Below are positions 1 through 14,760 of a stretch of DNA of 64,000 nucleotides, one piece after another; within the stretch, counting starts at the first letter, position 1, and each line of letters begins with the position of its first letter. Made by a program: the position numbers and the translations under genes. This stretch comes from Trichinella spiralis (lineage: Eukaryota). A model generated the notes under the pieces. The model was not told the origin of the DNA. It did not search any database and worked only from the letters and a program-made list of their open reading frames with translations. The stretch is from the NCBI RefSeq assembly GCF_000181795.1, contig NW_003526944.1, positions 3,308,410 through 3,372,409 on the forward strand, in the 5' to 3' direction.

Positions 1-410
1 TCTGCATGTGTGCAGGAGGAGCCGTGTTGTGGCATAGTCAAAAGCAGAGAAGCGTTGCATTGTCAACAACGGAGGCAGAATATGTCGCTGCTAGTGAAGC
101 CGCTAAAGACATGATGTGGCTGATGACACTATTTGCTGAAGTCACAGAAGTGAAACAAAAGCCGATACTGTTTGTGGACAACATGGGAGCCGTCAAGCTC
201 TCCAAGAATCCAGAGTTCCACAAACGTTCGAAGCACATTGATGTGCGATTTCACTTCGTTCGTGAAAAATATAATGAGGGCAAAATCGACATCCAGCACA
301 TCGATAGTGAAAACCAGAAGGCCGACATATTGACGAAAGCTCTGCCAAAGACTCGTTTTCAAAATTTGCGTCAGCAATTAGGAATTGTTTCTGAGCACAT
401 GAATTGTTAG
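1..410 (+). mobile_element. Ty1/copia LTR retrotransposon pol C-terminus (RNase H domain), 5'-truncated by the window edge
   Basis: The ORF contains copia RNase H motifs 'WHSQKQRSVALSTTEAEYVA', 'FVDNMGAVKL', 'HKRSKHIDVRFHFVRE' and 'QKADILTKAL'. The stop TAG is at 408-410. Confidence 0.95.
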
Positions 411-416
411 AGGAAG
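409..416 (+). other. Polypurine tract (plus-strand primer) of the copia element
   Basis: AGAGGAAG lies directly between the pol stop codon and the TG start of the LTR. Confidence 0.8.
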
Positions 417-664
417 TGTTGATGAAAGGAACAATTCATGTTGAAACCTGATATTTAATATACTGTAGTAACGGATAGATGCATACATAGTCCGTGTGTG
501 TGTGTTTGCATATATACCTTGTGTTTTAATAAACTTTGTTCCGTCACTTTGTTTGTTGTGCTTCTTTGACTCCTTTCTCTAGCAACTGTGTTTGTGTCAT
601 TTGATCTTACATCTGTTGTCTCGATTTACGTGATAATACAGATCAAACTCAGCAAACCTCAACA
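417..664 (+). mobile_element. 3' LTR (~248 bp) of the copia element
   Basis: It starts TGTTGA right after the PPT and ends TCAACA, giving a 6-bp terminal inverted repeat and the TG...CA ends. It contains a TATA-like sequence (~510) and AATAAA (528). The predicted 5-bp target-site duplication is CATTC (665-669), which cannot be confirmed without the 5' LTR. Confidence 0.85.
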
Positions 665-1260
665 CATTCCAATGTGAATTTGAACTGATCATTGTGATGA
701 CGAAATTACTTCAAATTATTTTTGTTTTATGTTAATTTTTATCATAATCATGTAATTTTGCTTGATATGACAGTTATTCAAGTAGTGAACACTTTAAACA
801 AGAATTAATGTTATTGTCAATATGGATTGATAACTTGCTTGTCTATGTGCATACTGTAGAATTTGAAGTTAGTGGCTTCATGATATTCCGTACTTGTAGT
901 TTAGTGGGAGTGTTTTTTTTGGTTAAATTACATTTTTGTGAAATAATGGTATTGAAGGAATTATCGATTTTGATCGCTACAATCTGACAACAGTTTCTCG
1001 GATTAGATTGACTTTAATCAAAGTATATTATATTCAGTATCTATTATCGATCTGCGCGATATGTTTATTATTTCTAAGGTACTATGAAATATTCTACAAA
1101 ATTTAACATGTTACCAAAACTTGAAGATCTGAGATGATTTATACTTTATGTTGATTATAGGTAACATTCTTCCTTGATTATTATATATTATACAGTATCT
1201 TAGATATCACATTTTTTATTTGGCTTTATTTTATGTAGTTTTTTGGAAGGACTGAACAAA

Positions 1261-3330
1261 ATGTCTATGTCTAAATCATCCAACACCTATAACCGTATGA
1301 ACTGGGAAGATGCAGTAAGTATTTAATTTATCAACGTGGCCATGAAAATTGAAACAAACCGTTATCTTTGTAATAATTTTTGTTTTTGGTAAATGTTGGT
1401 TGTTTTTTAATATAAAGTGATTATTATTTGTTGCTTTTATGTTGTTTCTGTAAAAATAAATGCATTTTTATGAAGTTATCGGTTAAATCTTTCTCACTTG
1501 TTTATTTCAGATAGTAAGGTATTAAGGATTTTTTGATTGTTATGACCTGGATAGCTGTAAAATATTATTAACTTTGTTTTCAGGAGTTTCCCATTTTATG
1601 TGAAACATGTCTTGGAAATAATCCTTATTTACGCATGGTAAGTGTTTATATAAAATTTAAGTGTTTAGACATTTTTTAAATTGAAATTTACGTTGGATAC
1701 TTTGTAAGTGTTTCGATTTGTTATTGTTTAAGATGAAAGAAAGATATGGAGGTGAATGCAAAATTTGCAATCGGCCTTTTACAATATTTCGCTGGTGTCC
1801 TGGACGTAATATGCGTTATAAAAGAACAGAAGTTTGTCAGACATGTTCAAAATTAAAGAATGTTTGTCAAACATGTCTACTTGATTTAGAATATGGTAAG
1901 AACATCTTGACTAATTATTTATTGTTTAAATGAAATTTATGTAGCGATTATTTTGTAACAGAATGTTTACAGATGTTGTTTTTGTTTTTTTAGGTTTGCC
2001 TGTTCAAGTTCGGGATTATGCACTTGGTGTCAAAGATGATATCCCTAAAACAGGTGCAAACAAAGATTTTTTCATTCAAGCAGCGCAACGTGAAATTGAT
2101 AAAAGTGATGGAACTACACTGGCTGGTCCTCTAGCAGAGTTAGTTGATCAGCGCCCAAACGAATTACTGAATAAATTAGCTCGAACAAATCCATATTATG
2201 ATCGTAATCGTCCTCACATTTGTTCCTTTTGGGTGAAAGGTGAATGCCGACGAGGTGAAGAGTGTCCTTACAGGTTAATTTGGTGCTTTATATATAAATA
2301 TAAATAAATAAATAAATAAATTTATTAATTTATTTTCTGTTTTAACTTATTATTATATTTGAAGACATGAAAAGCCAACCGATCCAGATGATCCGTTGTC
2401 GGTGCAAAATATAAGAGACCGATATTATGGGTCTAAAGATCCAGTAGCAGACAAACTGTTAAATAAGGCTAAAGCGTTGCCGGTTCTTAAGCCGCCCGAA
2501 GATAAAACAATAACGACGATTTATCTCGGAAATATTGGAGATGATAATGTGATAACTGAGGATGATATAAAGTTGGTGATAAAATTTATTGATTTATTTA
2601 CAAATGTTTTGATTTTTTAAATATAAATTTAGAAATTATTTTTATCAGTTTGGTGAAATTCGTAGTATTGTCATTCTGTCAGAGAAAGGATGTGGTTTTG
2701 TGCAGTTTACCACACGTGAGGCTGCCGAATTAGCAAGCGAGAAAACATTTGGTAAGCTGATGATTAAAGGCCGCCGAATAACTGTTCGCTGGGGTCGTCC
2801 ACAATCTCAGCAAAATGTCATTGGACAACTGGTAGAATCAGAACATCCTACCTACCAAGATGTACCTGGATTGCCAGGAAGTAGGTTTTGGCATGTGGTG
2901 TAAATTGTGAAATCTTCATTGTATGTTTATTTTACAGATATTCCGAATGTTGATTTTTTGGGTCCCAATCCTCCGGAGGATTTACCGCCGAAAAAAGCAA
3001 GAACGGATGCAGGCACAGCGCCTGGCTCTTCTCGATATCCGACACCGTCCTTCCACTTCCCTCCTCCATCTGTTATGCCCGGTAGGTGAATTACGCTTAC
3101 GTACGATATTATAATCAGTTTATGGAAATATTTTTCCAGCACCACCTCCTGGTTTGCAAATTCCTCCTCGTTTTGCGCCGCCGCCGCCATTGATTCACCA
3201 TCGTCCAGTTTTTCCGTTGAATGTCCCACGCTTGCGTCCACCAAGAGAACCGAAAATTCCCGACCGATTTCCCATTTATTATCCCAGTCAAGATCCATAT
3301 CATTTGGCATCGAAGGATTTGGGAGATTAA
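1261..3330 (+). CDS. RBM22: Pre-mRNA splicing factor RBM22 (Slt11/Cwc2 family; CCCH zinc finger + RRM), multi-exon
   Basis: The spliced product has '[36 protein letters not shown]', '[16 protein letters not shown]', '[18 protein letters not shown]', the CCCH '[20 protein letters not shown]', an RRM, and a Pro-rich tail ending 'HYYPSQDP..GD*'. Confidence 0.95.
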
Positions 3331-4093
3331 CATACTAAAAGAAAGCAGTTATTATGTATTAAAGTGTTGTTATTTTTGTTTCTTTTAAATTTTACTTAAT
3401 AAAATTTGAATATCATACAATATAGGGAATGGCTGCAGCTATTTCAAGAACAATGCTCTGTTACTAGTGTGAATGTTGATCAAACTGACGTACAGAAAAC
3501 AGTAAAGCTGATGAAGCAAAACTAAGGTGATGCGTTGACTGATTCCGCTTAGCTGTTAAAAAGTGCAACATTCTCTTTTTCTTCTAATGAATGATTCTAG
3601 TGGTGCCTTACCGTACACCAAAATTCTTTTCGCAAGTAATTTTACTTACTGTTCATTAATTACAGATACAATTGGCCATGTGGCGAGGTCGATATGAGTT
3701 TTATTCCTGTTCAGCAAAACACTTCTGTAAGTTCTTCTACAATTGTCTTATGGAATGGCTGCATTTTTTCCGATTCTTTTCACTGGTGTGTTTTAAAATT
3801 TGACATATTTCCTTGTATTTCAGAGATTGATGCTGCTCAATTGATTGTCTGATTATTTTTTCGTATCCAGCATCCAGTATGCTATAAAATGTCAATAGCA
3901 CAACTGTTCCGTGTTATCTTTTACTTGAATTGAACTTTCTTAAATACAGTTATAAAGTTATTATATAACAGAGGAGAAAAATAAAAAGACAATGATAAGT
4001 TGTTTATCAAATGATCAAAGTTATATTTCAAATAATTACAAGAAAAGCAGACGCTTTTTGAAATGTTATTTGATAAGAGAAAATGGAAAATTA

Positions 4094-7000
4094 TTATTTT
4101 TCATTCAACTCCTCAGAAAATATTGTCGAAGAATGCATATTGTTGACCCAGTTTTCCAAATATTTCACACAATTTGCATGGCCAAACTGTTTCGCATTGT
4201 CCAACGGCGTATTTCCCCAGCTGCAAATTAATTTATTCAAATATTTCGCAAATGAGGGGGGGGGGAGCGGAGGTACGAGAGAAGTATAATATAAAATCTG
4301 ATTTACCGATCGATTGGTTCCGCATCGACTTTGCAACGTTCCAACAAAAAAGCGACCACTTCCAAATGGCCCCCTGATGCGGCAAGGTGCAACGGAGTAC
4401 GACCATCGTAATCGGCAAAAGTCAAGCACACTCCTTGCAAAACATACCTGAAAGGAAAATGAAAACCATTTCAAATTATTCAAATTTTAGAAATTAATCA
4501 GCTTGTGCTGTGTAAACTTTTTGATTAATTCCAAATTCCCTCTGGCCGCTGCAAACATGGAATGTTGCTGATAAAGCGAACCAGGTTCGACTGGCTTACG
4601 ACGTGGGTCAATTTTTTCCGAATCTCCATGCACAAGACTGTCGTAGTTGTGAAAATTGAAAGTTTCGACCAATGTCTAAAAAGCATCCTCTCAACAATAC
4701 AAAAATTACATTAAAAATTATAAATAAAAAAATGATTAGTTCTTATTATTATTAGAAATTGGTTTTTGAAATTCACTTTTGCAAATTGAACTCCACGAAC
4801 AGTGTTGCCCAGTCTGTCGAGTCGTGGAGAAAAGATTGCAAAGCCCATCACATTAGGAATTACAAGAATCATTGATCCGCTGACACCGGATTTTGCCGGC
4901 AAACCAACCTGAAAATTTGATATGAAAAAAAATATTTTCTTCAAAATAACAAAAACAAATAATTAATTAATTTTCTGAATACTTTGAACGCAAACTGGCC
5001 TGAATAATCGTACATGCCGCAGCTGAACATCAGCGAAAGCACGTCACGAACTGAACGATTTTCTAAAACTTTTTCTCCTGTAATTGGACAAACGCCTCCA
5101 TTAGCCAAAGTTGCAGCCATCACTGATGCAGACTGACAAGTCGCTTCGACAGAGCACAGCTGAAGAATAATAATTCATAATTAATAACAGCAAAACAACT
5201 CTCTTTTCAGAATTTGTTCATGTGCATCATCTCAACCACCAACCCAACTTCGTATATTACAAAAATCTGTTGCTTCCAATTTCAAACTTTTATCTTAATC
5301 AACATTTTTTGCATATTAAATGCATAAATAAGCAGTGGATTACAATTAGATAAAGCAATGAAAAAGATGCTTATTTAAATTCTGATTCGACGCGATAAGC
5401 CAACTTTACCTGGAAGTAAAGATCCAGAGTGTCGTTCAAATTTACGCCAGCTGGAAAGCACTGAAAAACAAACAAACAAGCATTTAATTATCAATCGTCT
5501 AATTGTAAAAATTAATCGCATAACCTTGTGTTCTCGCATGTAATAAGCTAGTGCAAAATTTCGGTCCGCTGTCTCACGTTCTGAAAGAAACCTGAAAAAA
5601 AAGATTTACAGAAAAATAATAAATTCACAGAAAATAACAAGTTCATTTAAATAAATTCCAATTAATTTCTCGTGCAAATCTAGATTGAGAAACATGACAA
5701 AAATTATAAAAAAAAATAGAAGCATAAACACTATGCTATAGCGAAACAATAAAATTACATCTGCTCGTACGTCGTGTTACTGAAACCGATAAATTCATAA
5801 CCAGCAAGTTTCTTATACATATTAATCATAAATTCAAAACGATCTGCCAAGTTTTCATTGTTCTAAAAGGAAAATATTCCAATTACAACATGTAAGGGTT
5901 GGAACATACGAACGTAAACAATACCTTTATAAGTGATGCAATAATAATTGCTCCAGCATTGATCATCGGATTGTGCGGTCGATCTAAGTTCAAATGTGCA
6001 ATATACTGTCATTTGTTTAAGAAAAAAATCAACAATAAAATAATCTCACTGTTGTGATCAAGACAAATTTCGTTAAACAAACGCCCGGATGGTTCTTGGC
6101 CGACATATTTGTGAACAACCTCATCGCCAACATTGTCCAGTACAATTCCATAAGAGAACGCTTTGCTAATCGACTGGAGACACCAACGTACTTGCGAATC
6201 GCCCCATGAACGTCTAAATTGAGGAAATTTGAAAACAAAAAATTACAAACGCTTTCTACATTACAATATATACCTCTGACCATCGACAGTACAAACCGCC
6301 ATGCCCCAATTGTCCGGATCCACACGAGCAAGCTGTGGAATGTAAGTGGCTACCTGTAAAAATGATTCAATTATTCAAAAATTATTATTGCATTATTCCA
6401 AACAATTGATGCACATTTCCAAGTGTACAGTCGCTCAAACTGCGAAATATTTCTTCAATGCGTGAACAAAAGCCTTCCCAATTTGGAATGACAAATTCAT
6501 TCCTGAGCGCTCGAATGATCAATAAAATATCCTCTGAGATGCAACTAAATAAAACAATAAAATTAAAAAATTAATAATTTATAAATACAAATAGTCATCT
6601 ACGAAGTGAATGTCTTTTTATCTAGCAGAAGATTGTGCGATTCAATCGTATCTTCTTGTACCAATTCTTGATGAGCTACATGTAACTTTGTCAACATGCG
6701 TTGAAGACGTGGATCAGATTTTTGAAGTCCAGCATGACGAAGAGCCTGTAAGTAAAATTAAATATATATTAAATAAATATATATATATATATAAAGCTTA
6801 CCGCAAGAAATTTCGGCACTGATACCAAACCATCGGAATTCTTATACAGCTCAAAAATCGACTCTTCAATCGAATGAAGAATAGCAGGATTATTTAGTGC
6901 TTTGCTGTTATCATATGGAAAGCTGAAAACAAAATATCTTTAACTTGTGGATATGAACAGAATCTTGCAACAATGCAATAATAATTAAAAAAATTAAATA

Positions 7001-8817
7001 ACAATGTATATTTTCAAAATCTTATAAATACTGTTTAAAATGACCCTAAAAATATGAAAATAACAGTTTATTTGATATTCCATTACGTAATGTTTATTGA
7101 CATAATTTGAAAAGAAATATCTTAAACAATCAAATACAGCTTGATATTATTTTTTTATTGATTTCGTGAACAACGCTGACAAATTATTAATAAATATAGA
7201 AAGCTTAATTGGTAGAGTAATAATGATCGCTTGAGAGCATTCAATTTAAAATTTTCGTGAAATACAGTAATTGAAACGCTTCTCTTAATTTTCATTAACT
7301 CCCTATAAACAGAAACATATTTTCGCAGTAAATGCTTCATTGCATTATACTGTATTAAAATAAAGTAAATAAAAACTGTAAATGAAATTTCAAAAGCAGA
7401 CGCAAGATCGATTTTTCATGCGTGACTGTTATTTGAAATATGTCAATGGCACTAATATGAAAAGCTATTCTCGCAAAAACCATTAGTAGAATAAACAAAT
7501 TAAATGCGCTAAACTACTTTAACAAGTGTTTACTTTTAAATTCTATTTCCAAAAAGTCTACATAAAAGTAAATAATTGTGACCAACCAAAGTGCCGCAAA
7601 CAAGCACAACATCACTCACATTCGATTACAGACAATTTCACCGTTATTCACAGTAAACATTCACTTATAATAAACAATTCAAAATTAATTGTTCTTTTCA
7701 TTCAGCCTACTTAATATTCAATAATAATAATAAACTGAATTCTATTATAAATATTAGTATTTTTCATTTATTCCCATCATCATCATTATAAACAGTGCTA
7801 ATGCAATCACAAAGTAGAAATTAACTTACACATAGCCATTCATATGATTACAGTTGCCCTTGTTCGGATCCATCACTAATTTGATGCAACTTTTAAACTT
7901 CAAATTCTGACAATACTTAAATCACTAAAATTGCTCAACAATGGGTGTTAATAGAGTTTAAATTAAGCGCACTTAAATAATTTTAATTTAAAACATTTCA
8001 ACTTTAAATTAAAAAAATATATCTGAAATTCGATCAACATGTACTCAATTGAAAATCAATTAACTTTTATTGTTTAATTTGCTAATATTAAATGATAACA
8101 TAATCTAAAGAGTGAACACAAATTATAAAAACATTATTCATGCATTCACTATCCTCTTGTCAATGGTAAAAAATCTCAATTGCAGCAAAAATATTAATTT
8201 TTAAGTGGAAATCATAATGAATCAATGTTTTCTTCTTTTATGCATAACAAATAAATAAACAATCTGTTACCTCCAATACTGTTATGGCACATGCTTATTT
8301 ATTTATTTATTTATTTCACCTGGAAGAAAGATAATCAAAAAAATTCCTAATCTGAATACAAAGAAAAGTTAAGTTTCCACTTTCACCACCGTTTTATACA
8401 ACACTTTCAGCTGCGCTTTAGAATAATTCTATAATTCTGCTATTAGTCGTGAATAATAGAGAAAAAAATTATTTAATTACCTTAATTCAATAATTTTATT
8501 CAAATCCTATAAGTTGAAATTGAAAGCAGTTCAATAAAAAAAAATCAATCCCAAAAGCGCTTTCAGACATTCCAACACCGTCACCGTGATGGGCACAAAA
8601 CTATAATTTTCCGAGTTGTGCTGTATACAACATCTTATACAGTTTTTTAAATTCAAATTTAAAAACTCTTCATTTTAATAATTAAACAGCGAAATTGTGT
8701 TTTTTTGAAAATAAAAGAGCGCTGGCTAACTGCAACTCACCTGAGACGTCGTCCAAATAACGCATGAAAATCCGAAGCCGAACAGTGACAATCAAAAGCA
8801 GAATCAAATGACGACAT
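4094..8817 (-). CDS. Glutaminase (kidney-type-like) with C-terminal ankyrin repeats, multi-exon; first exon uncertain
   Basis: Motifs '[13 protein letters not shown]', 'LQSISK' (catalytic SxxK), '[11 protein letters not shown]', '[13 protein letters not shown]', '[10 protein letters not shown]' and '[14 protein letters not shown]'. Ankyrin repeats '[14 protein letters not shown]' and 'WGNTPLDNA'. Candidate first exon 8817-8741 is in phase with the exon starting at 6922. Confidence 0.9.
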
Positions 8818-11529
8818 TATTATCCTCCAGATGTAAAGAAATAAAGAAATTATTTGTTAATAAATTAATAATCTTTTCTTTTGGTTCTTATTTTTGCAAA
8901 ATTTGCTACACAAACACCTGATATACGGTGTACAGAAGGTAATGGTGATCGACAACAATAAATATGAAGATGGAACGTTTCAAATGAGGCGGCACTTTAT
9001 AATTTCAATGGAAGCATTCGGCCCAGTGAAAGGGCTTTTCGGGTTGGCAATTATTCAAACTGACACAAGCCAGCCACGCCCCAATGAGTCTGTCAGTTTC
9101 AAACTTCTTCCACTGGTAATGGCACAACTAACATTAAATGTCACGGAAAACATCAATTCAATTCAGAGTTCAATTCTGCTCTTTGTAATAATGAATATAC
9201 CACTCTTGAATCCAATTGCATGTTCGAGCTTATTATTTTTTGTTTTTTATTTTTGTTCTTATAAGGGAAAATTCTCTCATAATTGTTGTATTATTTTTTA
9301 ATTTTCTCTCCTTTTCCCTTTCCAACTGCAGGTAATTCTCACTCTGCAGTACTTATTGATCAAAAATTTGCTCCTTGTTATTGACTAAAGTTATTCTGAA
9401 ATAGCTGTATACAACCTGTCGCGCATTTCATTTCAATTTCATTTCTACATCTCCTTCAGCTAAAACGGAAATTGAAGCGATTTTCCCTCCGCAATACACC
9501 GTTGGACATAAACAAGCACAAACAGCCTCTACATACTGCAAATTATTACATAAATTTGTGCATCACCCATTATTTAAATGTTTGCATCGGTGGAAATGAT
9601 AATCATGATTGATATGCCATTAATGTGCATCAATGAACGTTTTAAGTATGTCAAAATGCTTTTACATCAAAGTATGAATTATATTCCTAAATTCTGCTAT
9701 TTCAAATAATCATTCATATTTCAAAATTTTTCTCATTTTAAAATAACCAATTCTAATAAAATTTTACAAAACAAAAATATTGCCCAACAAATAGCAAAAT
9801 ATTAAATAATTAAGCGACGTTAATTAAATAATTAAATAAAATACAATTAAGCGCAACGTAAAAGAAATCTATAAAAATATTAATGTAGTTCAAAAAACCA
9901 ACCGCAGGCATACTATTCAAAAATTGAAAAAAATGCAATGAAAAACAAGTAAACAACATACTTACCCTTTTATTTCTTGCTTCATCGCGGCGGCAAACGC
10001 GGCATTAGCACTTGATTAATCGGAGCAACAACTCGTCAAAGCTCAGATGAAGTTTCAGACATTCTTCCAAAGTTCCAGCACATGAACTTTGAAGAAAACA
10101 ATTCAGTGAAATTCAAAATGCATATATGTCATCTTGTAATTTTATGCTGGCCTGGAAACTATCTCTCATAAAATACGCACTTTCTTGGCCTTGATCTTCA
10201 TAACATTCAAGTTTTGACCATAACCGTTATTTTATAAAATTGAATAAAAGTCATCATTGAAATCAATGAATCCTTTATATCATATTATAATTCGGCATCG
10301 GATTATCAGAGAAGTGCTTTTTTCATCGGAATACGTCATCTAAGATAATTCACCAAGCAAACATTTAAACAATTTTCATAATGACGAAAAGTATCATCTT
10401 ATTCCATGATCCAAAGATTTAACAAAAGAAAAAAAAATAATTTATATGTAATGTAAACTTCATTTACTTTTATAAAGCATTTTTCAATGACAATGAAAAT
10501 AACATGCCAATCTTTGTCAACAAATTATATACAAGACAATGAACAAAATTACAATTAAAATGTCTTTAATTATAGATATTTACTAATGCAAAAGGAACTG
10601 TTTTACAAAGCGAACAGCAATAAGCTAAAACGTTAATTTATTAATGTAATTAAAATAATCTAAAAATGATGTTATTGTTTGAAAAGCAGCCGAATGTTAT
10701 AGTAAATATTTACAACTGATGTAACACATATTTCAAAAAATTGTAACTTTTACAGTTGTAAGATATACAAAAACTTTTTAAAACAGTGACAGAAATACGT
10801 ACAGTGACAGTGTGGCAGAACAATTTTACTTGATTATCGCTATTTATTTGACCTAATTATCAGACCGTATTAAAAGCATTTAAGGCAATATTCTAAAATT
10901 ACAAATGCTCTAAAACGTCAACAATATTTTGTTTTCGAATTCAATTACATTATGAATATAATATATAATAAAATTAGTTGATTAATAATTTAAAAAATCA
11001 AATTAAACAAATACATTAATGCAACTCCTTCAAGTAAACGTCGCATGATAGATTATATCGTTATGGATTTAATTCTAGGTGAGGCATCGATTATTATTAG
11101 CAGCTGTGATGTACAGTCTTTGCAATATATTTCGAGGTGTCTGTATATTTGAAATGAAATATTTATAATAATGTATGCAGAAAATATTTAGTTTGTAAAA
11201 ATATGCTTTAATATGTTTAAAAATGATAAGTAAAATAATATTATGATTTGTGTGCAAAGCATTATGCAATGATGGCAAATGATATTTCAATCATTATAAA
11301 TTCAGAATACTAATAAAATTATGCAAAACATTTAGTTTAAATTTTTATAAAGTCATTTATTCTATCATTTTTAGTGTCATTTTATTTAATATTGTTAATT
11401 TTGTTTTGATGATTCCAGATGAAAAATTTAAGTATATTCAGGTACAAAATGTAAATCTACAGTAAGTCGTTGCTTACTCTTATTTTTAGTATGTAGGTTT
11501 GCTTATTTGAGCGGAGGTCTCGTTCAGTC

Positions 11530-13122
<1,593 letters not shown>

Positions 13123-13475
13123 AAAGAAAAATGCTATTATCAACAATATCACGTGGAAATCATCAGTATTTTTATATTTGAATAATTGCGGATATATATA
13201 TATCTGTTTTTTAATGCGAATGAAGTCAGTCGTGAGGCTTCTTTAATTTAGTTGCATTTATTTGGTTTATCAGTTGATTGACATTAGTAAAATAATTTTA
13301 AATAAACAACGTAAGCTTTTTTATTGACCACTCTTTAATGGGTTGTTCAAATTACCTACACAGAATATTTTCATTGAATGGACGTTGATTGAAATTTTTT
13401 GCTCAGTACTTTTTAAAGTGCCATCTGTTTTCAGCAATCATTGTAGAAAAAATATTCCGATTCACTGTGCAGAGG

Positions 13476-14371
13476 ATGAACTTTTTTCCGTATGTTGTTT
13501 GTTTTCTTCAGAATTTTTTTTAATTTGATGAATATATTGTGTTCAGCTGCTCGTTGCGGAACAAGACGCACAAACAGCAGAAAAAGGCAACCGACGACAA
13601 TAAACAACAAGAATTGGTTAATAAAGTCAGTGCGACCATTGGAAGCGGTAATTTGCGGTTAGCCGTTGTACTGCCAGAAGGTGAAGATCTGAACGAATGG
13701 GTAGCGGCGAATAGTAAGATTAATGAATAATTTTATATAAATTAAATTAATTAAACAAACCACATTCCTAATAATGACATTTGGGATTGTTTTTTTTTGT
13801 TTGATTAGTTTGTGATTTTTTCAACCAAATCAGCATGCTGTATGGTACAATAACGGAATTTTGCACTTCTGAACGATGTGCTGTCATGTCAGCTGGACCT
13901 TTTGAATACGTATGGACGGACTGTTCGAATCCGAAGAGATCGATAAAATGCAGTGCACCCCAGTACATTGATTTTTTGATGACTTGGATTCAAGATAAAC
14001 TCGACGACGAGTCGGTGTTTCCTTCGAAAATAGGTAAATAGAATAAAAACAATTTGATTGTAAAATAAAAAATTTAAAAGAAAAAAAAAAGAAATATATA
14101 CTCAGAATATACAAACAAATTTTGTGCAGGCGTTCCATTTCCGGCCAATTTTATGGAAGTTGCGAGGACAATCATGAAACGTTTGTTTCGCATTTATGCG
14201 CACATTTATTACCAACATTTTGAAAATGTCGAACGACTCAAAGAAGAAGCACATTTGAATACTTCGTTTAAACATTTCATTCTGTTCGTCCAAGAATTCA
14301 ATTTGATCGAAGACAAAGATTTGCAACCGTTGCAAGAAGTTATCGAACGTTTGACTAGCAAAGAGAGGTAA
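13476..14371 (+). CDS. MOB1: MOB kinase activator 1-like protein
   Basis: Motifs 'ATIGSGNLRLAVVLPEGEDLNEWVA', 'DFFNQISMLYGTITEFC', 'SAPQYIDFLMTWIQ' and 'KRLFRIYAHIY..HF..EEAHLNTSFKHF'. Four exons. Confidence 0.93.
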
Positions 14372-14760
14372 AAGCAGAAAGAAATTTAAAAAAAAACATT
14401 TTCCCTGGCTGCCACTTTTTTTTCTCTCCCCCAAGCTTCTTCATTCGAAAAATCTCCAATCTGTTGCTCGATTCGAACCATTTCCATTTCTGCCTACTAT
14501 TTCTTCTTCTTATTATTATTATTTGTCAACTGTGAACTTTTTACCTGTTTTTTTAAATATCTCTGTTTATTTCCAAACCTGTGTAATAATAAAATGTTCG
14601 CGTGAATAAGATGGAATGTGACTGCTGTTCGTTGGATGATTTATAAAAAGAAAAGGACGAATATTTTACATGAATATGGAAACAAAATGGCTGGTCTGAT
14701 TTTCCGAATTATTGATATCAACAAAGAATAATATCCGCTTGATTCAGATAACAGCATCAA

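Noticed and set aside
8894..9301. 135-aa plus-strand ORF upstream of or within the glutaminase 5' region
   Set aside because: It has a non-ATG start, no recognisable motif and runs into T-rich sequence. It is probably UTR or intron of the opposite-strand gene.
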